From NCBI GenBank assembly GCA_964016885.1, contig OZ024744.1:25048001-25112000 (forward strand): a stretch of DNA of 64,000 bases. The letters run 5' to 3'. Within the stretch, counting starts at the first letter, position 1; every line of letters starts with the position of its first letter. The notes beneath the pieces were generated by a model. The model saw nothing but the letters and a program-made list of their open reading frames with translations. It made no database searches and was not told the origin of the DNA. Source of the stretch: Eledone cirrhosa. Taxonomy: Eukaryota. Position numbers and translations under genes: made by a program. This document shows positions 16,303 to 31,063 of this stretch, in pieces.

Positions 16303-17198
16303 GACAACAACTTATCCCCTTCTTTAAGTACCACTTCAGAAGGAAGGTGAGAGTGGAGAGAGAGGTGCTACACCCCAGTAAATTCGCTGAAAGGTGGGTG
16401 AATGTATATAAACCTGTAGGTTGAGGAAGATAAACAGAGGGAAGACAGGAACACCTACAAAACGTGTTCCTGGTATTGAGGGTTGTTCTATGCACGGGGT
16501 GTAAAAATAACCCTGCAGTAACGTTCCCCCTATTGGGGATTTCAATTGATATTTTATTATATATAGTTTATTGTTATTTATTAAAGTTAAAGTTATTTTT
16601 ATGTAAAACCCCCGCCGTCACGTCCTGTAATGTCCCATTTGTGTACGCCCCTGTGGCAAATAAAGAAACATATCTATCTGTCAGTCTGTCTGGGTATCTA
16701 ACGAGTTTGGAAATAGGAACATGAAAGGAGTTTTAAATTCAACATATGACATTCGATTCTGGTGTAAAAAGACACATGCTTAGTTTTGAATTTTAAACCA
16801 CTCTGAAAAATTAGATGAGGTTTAGTCATGCCTAAAACACGTTATATAATTATGTCTAACAAATAATTAAACTTAAACGACTCAGTTGATGTCATTGTAT
16901 GGCCTGACGAGAACAATCTAACATTTCAACGTCAGTTTTTGTTGCTGTTGTTGTTGTTTATATTTATATCAGTATTCATTTATTTATTTATTTATTTTCA
17001 ATGAATGAAATAGGACATTGGCTGGAACGTAACAATTATCCCCACCCCCGCGGGACAGATTGACATTATCCCTTGTTTGTTTGTTTTTTATAATTGTCTT
17101 TTGTCTTTTTTTTCTTGTTTGTATATTAGTTGTAGGCGGCAAATTAGCAGAGTCGGTCGTCAGAACGTCCCATAGAATGTTTTGTGGTATTAATTTCA

Positions 17199-17490
<292 letters not shown>

Positions 17491-18863
17491 CTCTATAAGT
17501 TCAAATTCTGTCGAGGTCAACTTTACCTTTCAACCTTTCAAGGTTGATAAATAGAGCACCAGTCCAGTAGTAGGGGAGATTCTTTCTCTCTATCTCTTTC
17601 TTCCTCTGTATCATTGTCTCTCCCCTTCTCTGGAAGAAATCGACTATGTTGAGACGTGGGGAGGAGATGGGCTACGCCAGGTTTTTAAAAGATGCCCTAG
17701 AAACCCTATATAACAATACAGTGCTCCTACCACTTCTCATGGAGTTATAGATTAAGAGAAGATATCAGTCGTATTTGTGAGTGTGAGTGTCGTTTGTAAT
17801 GGTGCTAGGCATAGTGGTTAAAGCGTTCAGCTCCTGCATGTTGTATTCTTAATTAAGATACTTTATTTCACATTGACCCAGTCAACTCAGCTGGAAAAAA
17901 CAGGAACTGTATCTGTAATTAAAAGGTCAAGCCTTGTCACACTGAATCGGGATAAAAACTACGTGAAAAACTACACGTGTCTGTAGAATGCTGAACCAGT
18001 TGCACGTTATTTCCACATATAAATTGTACCGTTAATGGGAGAACCGGGTTCATCTGTGGTCGGAATTAATGGCAGAAGTTTGTTGTATATGTGTTTACTG
18101 AATTGATTTATACGAATGTCCAATTGCAATGTTTAACTATTTACATAATTGAGCTCAACTTCTTAATCTATGGATTAAATCTTTACCCTCTTAATCTCAA
18201 GTATTATCTTTTTGAACTGACAAGCTGAAATATCAGGTTCGCTAGGGTAAATAGCTCTGCTTTATTAAGCATTGTCAAAGAAGCCGAAAAACATTTTGCT
18301 TTAAGACAAAAAATGTAACTCGTTGATCTTTATAAGTTGACACACTTATATTAGGTCTTATTATTTTTTTTAACTTTAGAATTGCAATACTTTTATTTAT
18401 TCACATTTTTCGTCTGTATGTACAATTGTAAAAGTACGTGGCTTAGTGGTTCTGATTGCCAGTTTGATTCTCGGCAATGTGTCATTGAACAAGACACTTT
18501 CATGTTGCTCCAGTTGGCAAACAAAAGTGAAAAAAATGAATTGTACATATAATTCAAACGGCCAGCCTTGTCACACATTGTACAATGCTGAATCTCCCTG
18601 AGAATTATGTTAAAGGTACACGTATTTATGGATTGATTAGACACACGTTAATTATATGAGCAGCCTTTCACGTTGCTCGAACAACTGGTAGACATATCGT
18701 CGAAACCGACGAAACTCCATTCAAGTGTAGACATGTATTAATAAGAGAATTTGCACGAGTTCCTACGTTTGGTAGCAGAAATGAAATCTGAAGTTTCGGG
18801 TCTGTCGCTTCGTCTGAGCGGGAGAACATTTTTTTCATCTGCGGGGTTAGATAGTGCTGAGGC

Positions 18864-19020
<157 letters not shown>

Positions 19021-19448
19021 ATACACACACACACACACTCACTCACTCACTCACACACACACTCATACACACACACACTCACTCACACACACACTCCCTC
19101 ACACACACACACACACACACACAAGGTTCCTCTAGGCAGAGTACCGCCTTGATGTAAGCGACCATATCCACATATGTATGTATACATATATACATAGATA
19201 CATACATATATATATACATATATATACATATATATATATACATATATATACACATATATCATACATATATACATATATACATATACACATATATATATAC
19301 ATATATATACACATATATACATACATATATACATATATACATATACACATATTTACATACATACATATATATATACATACATACATACATATATACATAT
19401 ATATACATATATACCTACATACATATACACATATATACAAACATACAT

Positions 19449-19479
<31 letters not shown>

Positions 19480-19552
19480 CATACATGCATAAATATATAC
19501 ATATACACATATATACATACATAAATACATACATACATACATAAATACAGAG

Positions 19553-20331
19553 CATATGTAGGACCCTGATGTAATTTGGGAGATGACCACTGTTAAAAAA
19601 GGTACCCAATTCGTTACTGGATTACAGTTATGTTCCGCTTATTATAGAAATGACTTCTACAAGATTGGAACTGTTTCGTTCATAACCATTCTTCATCACT
19701 TTCCTGATCATTTCTTACGAAAGCAACCGTTTTTGTCCTGTAGAAGTAATTTCTATAATAAAATGAATACATACATATATAAATACGCACTCACACACAA
19801 ACACACACACACACACACATATATATTAGTGACACATAGTGCTGGGCTCATGGTACCATGTGATGACAAGTGCAGAGAGATCTCCAGATATAAAGCAATG
19901 CCTGTGCCGTGAAGCTTTTATAGTGAGCAAAGGCACTGCACAAAGCCAGTCCCACTCTCTTAACCAAGATGATATTTACCAAAAAGAAGAACAAGTCCAC
20001 ATCATTGGATACCATCAGGTTTGCAGGTGTTATATCAGAGTTATTCCTTCTCCTAGAATTCTGCCTTGACAAAGGCTAAGGGGTCATCTCTCCCGGTGAT
20101 TTTGGATGGCTATTGACTCTTAAGAGCCCCTTTGTCTTTGACAGGTTTTGTTTTTAGTCCTGCAGGCTGTCCAAAGTCACCCTCCTCACCAAGAAACCTT
20201 GGTGGGGTTGCCAGTTGAGTCGCCAAGGACCCGACCATGAGACAGGTTGTACTGGGATACATGTTACCAGTAGCACCAACTGGTGACCTGACACATAAAT
20301 ACATACATACATACATACATACATACATACA

Positions 20332-20367
<36 letters not shown>

Positions 20368-21267
20368 TCGAGCCTCTGTAGCTTCTACCAACGAAATTTT
20401 ACTCAGAAGTTATAGATCCACGAGATGTTGTAGTAAGAAAGACTTGCTCAAAGGTTCCACAGAACGTGACCGAACCCCAAACCACTTGCTTCTAAAATAA
20501 ATCCTCCGTAACCACACGGTCATTTATGCACCTCTAAATATATCAACTTTACAAATGCTACAATCTTGTTTATTATCTCCAACGTGTTTCTGGAGAGTTT
20601 TTTTTTCTTTTTTCTTGGTTGTTTCTTTACAATTGATATATATTTTAACTAATTGTGTTGCTGTTTTTTCTCATGTTGCGAAGAACGAGAATAAGAAGGA
20701 AGGGAATATCCCTTCATTGATTTCTGTTTTATTTAATCAACTCTATCTGACAATCTATTCATCTATGTGTGCCAGTTTGTCAATGTGTCTGTTAAGCTGT
20801 TGCTTTTATTTAATTTTCCGTATCTATACTTCATCCAACATATTTATTTATTACTTTTTATAGTTTTGTTTTAATTATGTCTAAAGCTTTCTTCCAGACA
20901 TCTCTCTAATTAGGTTTATATTTTCACCTCAAGCTTTTCTTTCTATTTCACTTTATACCCAACATTCATCCATTTAGCCTTTCATCTCTCTATCTTTCTC
21001 TCTTTCTCTCACCGCATTCTCTTTATTTTTATTTTTACAATAACAAATTCAGTTTACCTATTTACTTCTCCCTTTCTCTTAACCCCTCTCTCTTGTTCCC
21101 TCTTACGCTCTCTTTCTCTCTGCATGCCCCTTATGTATATACATGCATCTATCCGTCCATACATACATATATATTTACATACATACTTATATATATATAT
21201 AAATACATACATGCATATACATACATATACATACATACATACATACATACATACATACATACATACA

Positions 21268-21303
<36 letters not shown>

Positions 21304-22386
21304 TACATACATTCATATATATAAAAACATACATATACATACATATATACATATATGGTGGCTGCCAACTCGTTTTCGAGTACGGCCACTACTTTATATC
21401 CATGTAGGAGAACCCCTACCGATGCGCTGAACGAGTGTGACTTTTTAGTCCAGCCAGCGACTTGAAAACTCTGGTACAAACACTACACTTGTGACAATTA
21501 CTGACACATAGTGCTGGGCCCATGGTACCATGTGACGACAAGTGTAGAGAGATCTCCAGATATAAAGCAATGCCTGTGCCGTGAAGCTTTTATAGTGAGC
21601 AAAGGCACTGCACAAAGCCAGTCCCACTCTCTTAACCAAGATGATATTTACCAAAAAGAAGAACAAGTCAACATCATTGGATACCATCAGGGTTGCAGGT
21701 GTTATATCAGAGTTTTCCTTCTCCTAGAATTCTGCCTTGACAAAGGCTAAGGGGTCATCTCTCCCGGTGATTTTGGATGGCCATTGACTCTTAAGAGCTC
21801 CTTTGCCCTTTGACAGGTTTTGTTTTTAGTCCTGCAGGATGTCCAAAGTCACCCTCCTCACCAAGAAACCTTGGTGGGGTTGCCAGTTTAGTCGCCAACG
21901 ACCCGACCATGGGGCAGGTTGTACTGGGATACATGTTACCAGTAGCATACATACATATATACATACATATATAAATACATCTATCCATCCATCCATACAT
22001 ACATACATACATACATACATACATACATACATACATACATACATACATACATACATACATACATACATACATACGTATAAAGATACATACATACATACAT
22101 ACATACATACATACATACATACATACATACATACAGATCATATGTAGGACCCTGATGTAATTTGGGAGATGACCACTGTTAAAAAAGGTACCCAATTCGT
22201 TACTGGATTACAGTTATGTTCCGCTTATTATAGAAATGACTTCTACAAGATTGGAACTGTTTCGTTCATAACCATTCTTCATCACTTTCCTGATCATTTC
22301 TTACGAAAGCAACCGTTTTTGTCCTGTAGAAGTAATTTCTATAATAAAATGAATACATACATATATAAATACGCACTCACACACAA

Positions 22387-22410
<24 letters not shown>
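19553..22410. repeat. Local duplications in A-B...B'-A' order
   Basis: 19553-19815 matches 22139-22405 (appears identical). 19830-20272 matches 21501-21946 with several substitutions. All are in direct orientation. Confidence 0.9.
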
Positions 22411-22444
<34 letters not shown>

Positions 22445-22665
22445 TGAGTAAACCGTTTAGGACCCCGACGGCAGAGCTCAAGCCGTTTCGACGGCCATTT
22501 CTTGGTCCAGAAATAGCCGTCGAAACGGCTTGAGCTCTGCCGTCGGGGTCCTGAACCTGTTCCTATTACACACTCTACTCCCCAAAGTATCGAGTACTCT
22601 GGTGCGTTTATGGTCCACCTAGTTCCTTACTACACTTCCTTAGTTATATATATATATATACATGA

Positions 22666-22698
<33 letters not shown>

Positions 22699-23570
22699 AA
22701 GAATTAGTATATCTACCAACATATATATACAGATGCATACCTATGCTAGCAAATATATAGGTTTTGTCTTCGTAACTTTGTGGTTCAATGCATGGGGATG
22801 CAGAACAATAATATGAAAGATGTAAAATAAGAAAATTATAAAAATTAACTTACTTACTAAAATTTCACTCCAACTAATTAGTTTCTGAAAGGGAATAAAC
22901 ATAGTTTCCGAAGAAACGTACGGAGAAGCCTTTCGTCACCAGGGAAGTCTATTCTCAGCTAAGTTTCCAGGCAATGCGTGGACACAGGGAACTTATACAA
23001 AAATAATTCAGTGGATGGAAAAAAGCAAAGCGTGGACTAAGTTCCAAGCCATTGAAAAAAATCACTGCCTACTGCGTCGGTGGCATAAGAATATATATAC
23101 ACACACACAGTGATCGCGTCATAATGACATACAGACAGATATTATAAAGGCGCGACGTAGTCAGTGCGAAAGCCAATAAGCAAGGTGACCAGAGTAGGAA
23201 CCGAACTCACATTTCAGTTGTTGAGGCATCCGTGCTACAAAATTATTCTGCCTCAAGTTAACGACACATTATTGAATATATAGAGCTACACACACAAGTA
23301 GACGGCTGACATATTGGATTAACTATCAGTTATTTTTTCCTCTTGAAAATTATATTATAATATTTCCGACATTGTTCATTATCACAGAAAGAATCATTAA
23401 TTTTTAGAAAGCAGACTATTCAATCTTAGGAACAGACATACTATATATAGGCTTATTACAAAAACTTAAATTTACGTAATTGTCTTTGAATACTTGCAGA
23501 AATGTATCAAAGTTGTAAATACAACAAAATATATAAATAAAAGAAATTGCATAAATAAACAACAATAGCA

Positions 23571-23719
<149 letters not shown>

Positions 23720-23982
23720 TGCATTATATTTTTCTAAAGATAATCAATTCCCCTTGCCATACGATATGTAACACTATTGAATGCAAGGCAAGCATATTTC
23801 TAGCAGTTTTTTTATTCATTATGATCTTTCTCTCATTCTGTGTAATTATTGAATAGTCGATCGCGACTTTTTTTCATTTCGTTAACCACTTTATAATCTA
23901 ATCATTTTAAGTCATCTGTTAGGAGGGAACCTGAAGAATTAAATGTCATAGAGATGATCAATTACATAATTTTAAATACATG

Positions 23983-24028
<46 letters not shown>

Positions 24029-24163
24029 TATAATATATATATATTAACATATCAGATTAAAGTTTAAGCAAATAATCGCTGCTTTCACCCTTAACGGGAT
24101 CTTCTGAAACATTATCGTAATCGAACCCTCTTCAGATTTTAGTCTTCACATTTATTATTATTT

Positions 24164-24206
<43 letters not shown>

Positions 24207-24287
24207 AGATGAGCGGAACAAGCAAACATTAAACAATCTTTTAAATAAATTAAAATACGATTTAAATATTCACCTGTCCAAAATGGG

Positions 24288-24360
24288 ATTACCGACGGTT
24301 TCGCTTCACAAAAGATTGGAAATCCAGAGAATTTCCAACGGAAAGATCAGCTCTTCAGAT
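24288..24360 (-). ncRNA. Hammerhead-like motif with extended stem II
   Basis: Minus strand AU-CUGAAGA-GCU...UUGGAAAU/AUUUCCAA hairpin...AGC-GAAA-CC GUC GG-UA-AU. Stem I is only 2 bp. Confidence 0.55.
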
Positions 24361-25335
24361 AGCTATTTCCATTCTATAGGACGTAAAGTCTCACGGTTTG
24401 TAAATATATCGCCTACTGTATATATATATATATATATAAATGTAATCTGAGCTTTGTGTATATTAATGATAATATTCGTTTGCTGTTATATATATATATA
24501 TGACAAGACACGTGTCACCATATGTCTTCAGAAACAATGGTTCAGGAATTTTTTCATAATTTCTTCGCATGCTTCACTGGTACTAGTTTTATATCATCTG
24601 TGGTATGACAGTCAATAGAATGAGAAGACGTGTCTGATGAGTACAATGAATTGTCGGCCTCGGTGGATATCTTGGCATCATTACATTCTCTAAAAGCGGT
24701 GGATTGGCTGTATCGCTACAGGGTCGTACACCATTCTTTGCAGCATAGAGTTACGCCACTTTAAGTTCTGAGTTCAAATCCCCCCGAGGTTAACTTTGCC
24801 TTTCATCCTTAAGGGGTCGATAAAATAAAGTACCAGAAACGTACTGGGTAATTGCAAGCCTTGTGCCAAACGTAGAAACTTTCAATGTCTCTCACCCGCA
24901 GTTGCTTTACTTCTAATGATTTATTATATATTTGAATTATATGTATGTATATGTGTATTTATATTTCCAAGTATAACAATATATATATATTTATGTCGAT
25001 TATATGGATCAATCTAAATAATTGTTTCTACTTTAGGCACAAGGCCAGCAATTATCTCAGTGTATTACTGGTACTTTATTTTAGCGACCCCGTAAGGATG
25101 AAAGGCAAAGTTAATATTTTTGTGTAAGCATATATATATATACACACACATATATTTATGTGTGTGTGTGAGAGTGTGTGTATGTGCGTCTGTGTGGGTG
25201 TGTGTGGGGGGGGGGTTTATTTAATCGTAATTCTTACATCTAGTATTGTAATTAATCGAAGTATCTAATTATGTTTTTCACCAATTTATTGTATATTCCC
25301 CTTATTCTCTATATATTCTCCTACACACCCACCCC

Positions 25336-25395
<60 letters not shown>

Positions 25396-25494
25396 ATAAT
25401 AATAAATTTGAAGACTAAAATCCAAAGAGAGCTAGATAAGGATAAATATATATAAAATATACCGATTCTTTGCTTAAACTTTAATGTTATTTTA

Positions 25495-25525
<31 letters not shown>

Positions 25526-25978
25526 GGAATGAAAACTTGAAAATAAAACGAACCCTCATATTGGAATTAATGATATAATATTATATCACCAGCAGCAGAT
25601 ATGTTATATTTATATATATAAATATAACATATCTGCTGCTGGTGATATAATATTATATTTACATGTAGTTAGTTATCTCTTCCTATTACCTGTATTCGTA
25701 CACATGTTACAGTGAATATTAATGATCTAATCCTGATCTATATCATATTTATTGAGCACCATTTCCTAATCGCTTTGAACCCCACCCTGAATAATTTTCG
25801 AATTATTTCCGAAATATTTTAGCCACGTATAAACTATGTACGCATACAAACACCACGAACAAACAACTCCCGACCCGCCACACACACACTCACACACGGA
25901 CATACACACATATATAATGTATATATATATGTGTGTGCATATATATATATATAAATATATATATATATAAGTTAATAA

Positions 25979-26016
<38 letters not shown>

Positions 26017-26193
26017 AGGTGGGTGTATGTATATACATATGTATATATATATATATATGGGTGTGTGTGTGTGTATTCATCTATATGTATGTGCATATAT
26101 ACATATTATAATGTATATGAATATGCATATATATATACATACACACACACATATATATATATATAGGCACACACACACACACACATATATGTT

Positions 26194-26260
<67 letters not shown>

Positions 26261-26352
26261 ATATTACCAAACAGGTCCCATAGACTGAGCGCTCTACTGC
26301 CACGGATATAAACCTGCAGTGTCTACCTCTCTCTATACGTGTATGTGTATGT

Positions 26353-26393
<41 letters not shown>

Positions 26394-26490
26394 CACACTC
26401 ACACACAAATATACATACATATATATGTATATATATACACACGCACAGACAAATATACACACATATATATATATATATATATACACACAC

Positions 26491-26595
<105 letters not shown>

Positions 26596-26823
26596 CACAT
26601 ATATATATATATACAATATGGGAATCACTTCTACAGAACATTCCTGATGATTTCAAAGGAATGGCTAGCGTGGAAGATAGACGTTAAACGATGATGATGA
26701 TGATGATGATAATGAAACAGTTCTAGTACCTTTATAACTGTGGTGAACCATGCCTTTCAACCTTACGGGGCCGATAAAATAAAGTACCAGTAATTGCTGG
26801 CCTTGTGCCAAAAGTAAAAACAG

Positions 26824-26911
<88 letters not shown>

Positions 26912-27137
26912 ACACACAAAAACCTCTCCCCATATTAACATATAGTGAGAGAGAGTGACATGGAGGGTGTGAGGTAGAGTGGAAGAGTGAGTGAGATAGT
27001 CATATATATATATATATATGCATATGTGTGTGTGCAGTCACACACACATATAAGCACACTCAAATATATATATATATACACACACACACTTATATATAGA
27101 TATATATATATACACATATTTATATACACCCACACTG

Positions 27138-27190
<53 letters not shown>

Positions 27191-27684
27191 GAGATAAATA
27201 GATAGATTATAGATAGATCGTCAGACACACAGACAGATAACCTGACATTGACAGACACACATACTCTCACACACACACATATATATATACACATACATAT
27301 AGTGAGAGACATATAAATAGATAGACAGATAGACATATAGATAAACCGATAGATAGACATATAGATAATATAACTAATTTCCAAAGACGATGTAACCAAG
27401 TGCAAAATATCCTACCAGTTTACACTCCATAACCCACCTTTTTCTCACCTGTCAGGTGAGAGAGTACAGTCTTTTGTGTCGCGGGCCAAGCTCATGGACG
27501 GGTAGGATAGGGGTGCACACTAAGTGTTGTTGTGGTTTTGTTGTTGTTGCTGTTGTTGTTGTTGCTGTATGTTCTATTTTGTTTCTTCTTATACACATAC
27601 ACACACAATTATGCATATACATACATTCGTATACACACACACACATGTATATATATCTATACATATACTCTCTCTCTCCCCCCG

Positions 27685-27756
<72 letters not shown>

Positions 27757-28132
27757 GATATATATATATGTGTGAGTGCATGTCAGTTTAGTCTGTGTGT
27801 GTGTGGATGTCGTTATTTCGGACGCCTGTGGGTGTCGGGAAGGTTCTCCTAACCTTTGGGGTTTTGTTTTTCTTTTTTCTTTTTCAACTACAATCTTGGT
27901 TATGTCGCGGTTTAGTAAAGAATTCAAACACGGTTCCTGTCGTAGTGTCTGATCGGGTAGATATGTTGGAGGTGTCATTGGGTGGGTGTGTGTATGTGTA
28001 TCTGTGTGTGTGTGTGTGTGTGTTTGTATCTGTGTGTTTGTGTGTATGTATGTATGTATGTATGTGTGTGTGTGTGCGTGTGTGTATATGTGTGTGTATA
28101 TGCATGTGTGTGTATGTGTATGTGTGATGTGT

Positions 28133-28169
<37 letters not shown>

Positions 28170-28437
28170 CGAGTCGGATGGTCGGAAGGTTGTAGTCAGG
28201 TTAAGAAAGTTAAATGTTTTGTGTCTCATGTTTTGTGAAATAGGGCAGCAACGTGTTAGATACCCACCCTTAATTTTAAGAAATCTGCTCCTCTCTCTAT
28301 CATTTTCTTTCTCTATGTATGTATGTGCATGCGTGCATGTGTATATGTTTGTGTGTATGTTTCTTAAGGGGTAACTACCTGTTGCTAAGGGACCATTAAC
28401 CTTACAGAGGAATACATGCACACACATATAAACATAT

Positions 28438-28514
<77 letters not shown>

Positions 28515-28850
28515 ATGTTTCTGGGTATCACCCTTCATCAGTACAGCTCACTGTTCACCTGCCAACTGTCAGAGCTAGTGAAAATATATCCTATTTTCTA
28601 AAATATAGTGATACTGTAGCGTGATACCCAGAAACATTAGTGTCTGCAGTTCTGTTTACATGCCAACACAAGAGCAAGAATGAGGGGCTCATTATATATA
28701 TATATGAAAATGTCCGCCGTGTTACAGCAGACATAATGAAATCTGTTATTGCCGTGACTATCCAATATTTTCCTCCAGAGAATGTGTCTATGGAAGTACA
28801 TCACCCAATATGTCATTCCTTTTTCTTTTAAAGATATTAATGTGTGATCA

Positions 28851-28917
<67 letters not shown>

Positions 28918-29179
28918 GTATTTTTCAGTATAATAAATATGAAATGGTAAACCAAACGAGAAATTAATGTTTTTCATTAAGTGAAATATACCTGAGAAAT
29001 CATGAACTTCTTATTGACAAATTTAATTTCGTCCAAAGACACAAAATATTGGTTCCCTCGCTACAATTCAAGCTGATCTTATGGTGGAATTGACTTCACG
29101 CAATATATATTTCATAATCTGGTTTAAACTATTTTGAATGAACACCTAACTGCACCTTATTATAATCTCTAGATCAAAG

Positions 29180-29370
29180 GGCGGTGGATTGGCAGTATCG
29201 GTAGAGAGTCGGACGCCATGCTTTGCAGCAAAGAGTTACGGCCATTTATGGTCTGAGTTCAAATCTCGCCGAGGTTAACTTTGCCTTTCATCCTTACGGG
29301 GTCGATAAAGTAAAGTACAAGTAATGCACTGGTTTAATTGCTGGCCTTGTGCCGAAAGTAGAAACAATTA
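29180..29370 (+). mobile_element. tRNA-headed SINE family 1 (other copies 17490-17575, 24697-24880, 25023-25113, 26735-26823, 29390-29580, 32260-32433, 32439-32622, 36110-36305, 46025-46115)
   Basis: A-box-like TGGCAGTATCGG and B-box GAGTTCAAATC, conserved core GTTAACTTTGCCTTTCATCCTTACGGGGTCGATAAAATAAAGTACCAG, (TTA)n tail. Confidence 0.8.
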
Positions 29371-29667
29371 TTTTATTTTGTAGGGCTACTCGTACTTTAT
29401 TTTATTGACCCCGTGAGGATGAAAGGCAAAGTTAACTTTGGCGGGATTTGAACTCAAACTGTAAAGTTCAAATCCCGCCAAAGTTAACTTTGCCTTTCAT
29501 CCTCACGGGGTCGATAAAATACAGCACCAGTAATGTACTGGGATAATTGCTGGTCTTGTGCTAAATATAGATACAATTATATTATTTTGGGGGCAGTGTA
29601 AACCCGAAAATCTCTCATTAAGATTTAAATAAAAAGAAAATACAACTCCGGATGTAATGATTCTCTC

Positions 29668-30186
29668 GAGTAATAGTAGAGTAATACTAGAGTAATACTA
29701 GAGTAATAGTAGAGTAATACTAGAGTAATAGTAGAGTAATACTAGAGTAATAGTAGAGTAATAGTAGAGTAATAGTAGAGTAATACTAGAGTAATAGTAG
29801 AGTAATACTAGAGTAATACTAGAGTAATACTAGAGTAATACTAGAGTAATACTACAGTAATACTAGAGTAATAGTAGAGTAATAGTAGAGTAATACTAGA
29901 GTAATACTAGAGTAATACTAGAGTAATACTAGAGTAATAGTAGAGTAATACTAGAGTAATACTAGAGTAATACTAGAGTAATAGTAGAGTAATAGTAGAG
30001 TAATACTAGAGTAATACTAGAGTAATACTAGAGTAATACTAGAGTAATACTAGAGTAATAGTAGAGTAATACTAGAGTAATACTAGAGTAATACTAGAGT
30101 AATACTAGAGTAATAGTAGAGTAATAGTAGAGTAATACTAGAGTAATACTAGAGTAATACTAGAGTAATACTAGAGTAATACTAGA
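29668..30186. repeat. 11-bp minisatellite AGAGTAATA(C/G)T, about 47 units
   Basis: Directly visible, with two interspersed unit variants. Confidence 0.95.
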
Positions 30187-30417
30187 GATTTCAGACACGT
30201 GTACACTAGCACAAACAAAAGGTTGTAATAATCTTCATCTTGGCATTCTACCTAAATTTCTGGGATTTACTATATCAACTATCGTCTATGCCTCCTCCCT
30301 CACACGCACACACACAAGCCTATGCATTTGTATGTGCACACACCAACACACACACAAACATACACACATATATATATATATGTATATATATATAATATAT
30401 ATAATATATATATACAT

Positions 30418-30763
30418 GGAGGCACATGGCTTAGTGGTAAGTGCATTGGCCTTTCAATCGAAAGGTTGTGAGTTCAATTCTCAGACCGGTTGATGTGTTG
30501 TTTCCTTGAGCAAGACACTTTATTTCACATTGCTCCAGTTTACTCAGCTGTAGAAATGAGATGATAGGGACTGGGGGTCCCTATCATTCCACTGCAAAGT
30601 GGTAGTGGAGGTGCCACGGCAAAAAAAGCACAAAGCACTCACTGTAAATGAGGTTGGTGTTAGGAAGGACATCCAGCTGTAGAAATCAAGCCAGAATCAG
30701 TTCCCGTCCCACCCTTGCAAGCAGGGAAAAATGGACGTAAAGTGATGATGATGATGATGATGA
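30418..30763 (+). mobile_element. tRNA-headed SINE family 2 (related pieces 2600-2740(-), 17805-18060, 18438-18720)
   Basis: A-box TGGCTTAGTGG, B-box GAGTTCAATTC, core CCTTGAGCAAGACACTT...TGCTCCAGT, 3' end GGACGT(T/A)AA followed by (GAT)n. Confidence 0.75.
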
Positions 30764-30843
30764 AGATATATATATATATATATATATAAATCAAGAAAGA
30801 AGAGTGACACGGTTTTCTATATAATAAAGGGTTTAATCACTTT

Positions 30844-30954
30844 GCTGACAATTGTTTCTCTGAACTGGTAGGTCTAGAGATCGCTAGCCCCCCCCCCTGT
30901 TTCTGCGTCAATCGATCACCAATACATAGTTATAACCAGTCAATTCATCAGAGC
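30844..30954 (-). ncRNA. Hammerhead ribozyme motif with long stem-II insertion
   Basis: Minus strand GCU-CUGAUGA-[AUUGACUGGU...ACCAGUUCAGA]-GAAA-CAAUUG-UC-AGC. Stem I GCU/AGC, GUC cut site. Confidence 0.7.
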
Positions 30955-31031
30955 TAGCGAGTACCCTAACTGGACTACACCTAAGTGAACTACCTATAAC
31001 AATAATCTGTTATCCCGTATATATATATATT

Positions 31032-31063
<32 letters not shown>

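Noticed and set aside
30418-30495. tRNA-like A and B boxes (also at 29180)
   Set aside because: No complete cloverleaf, and the sequence continues into multi-copy SINE bodies.
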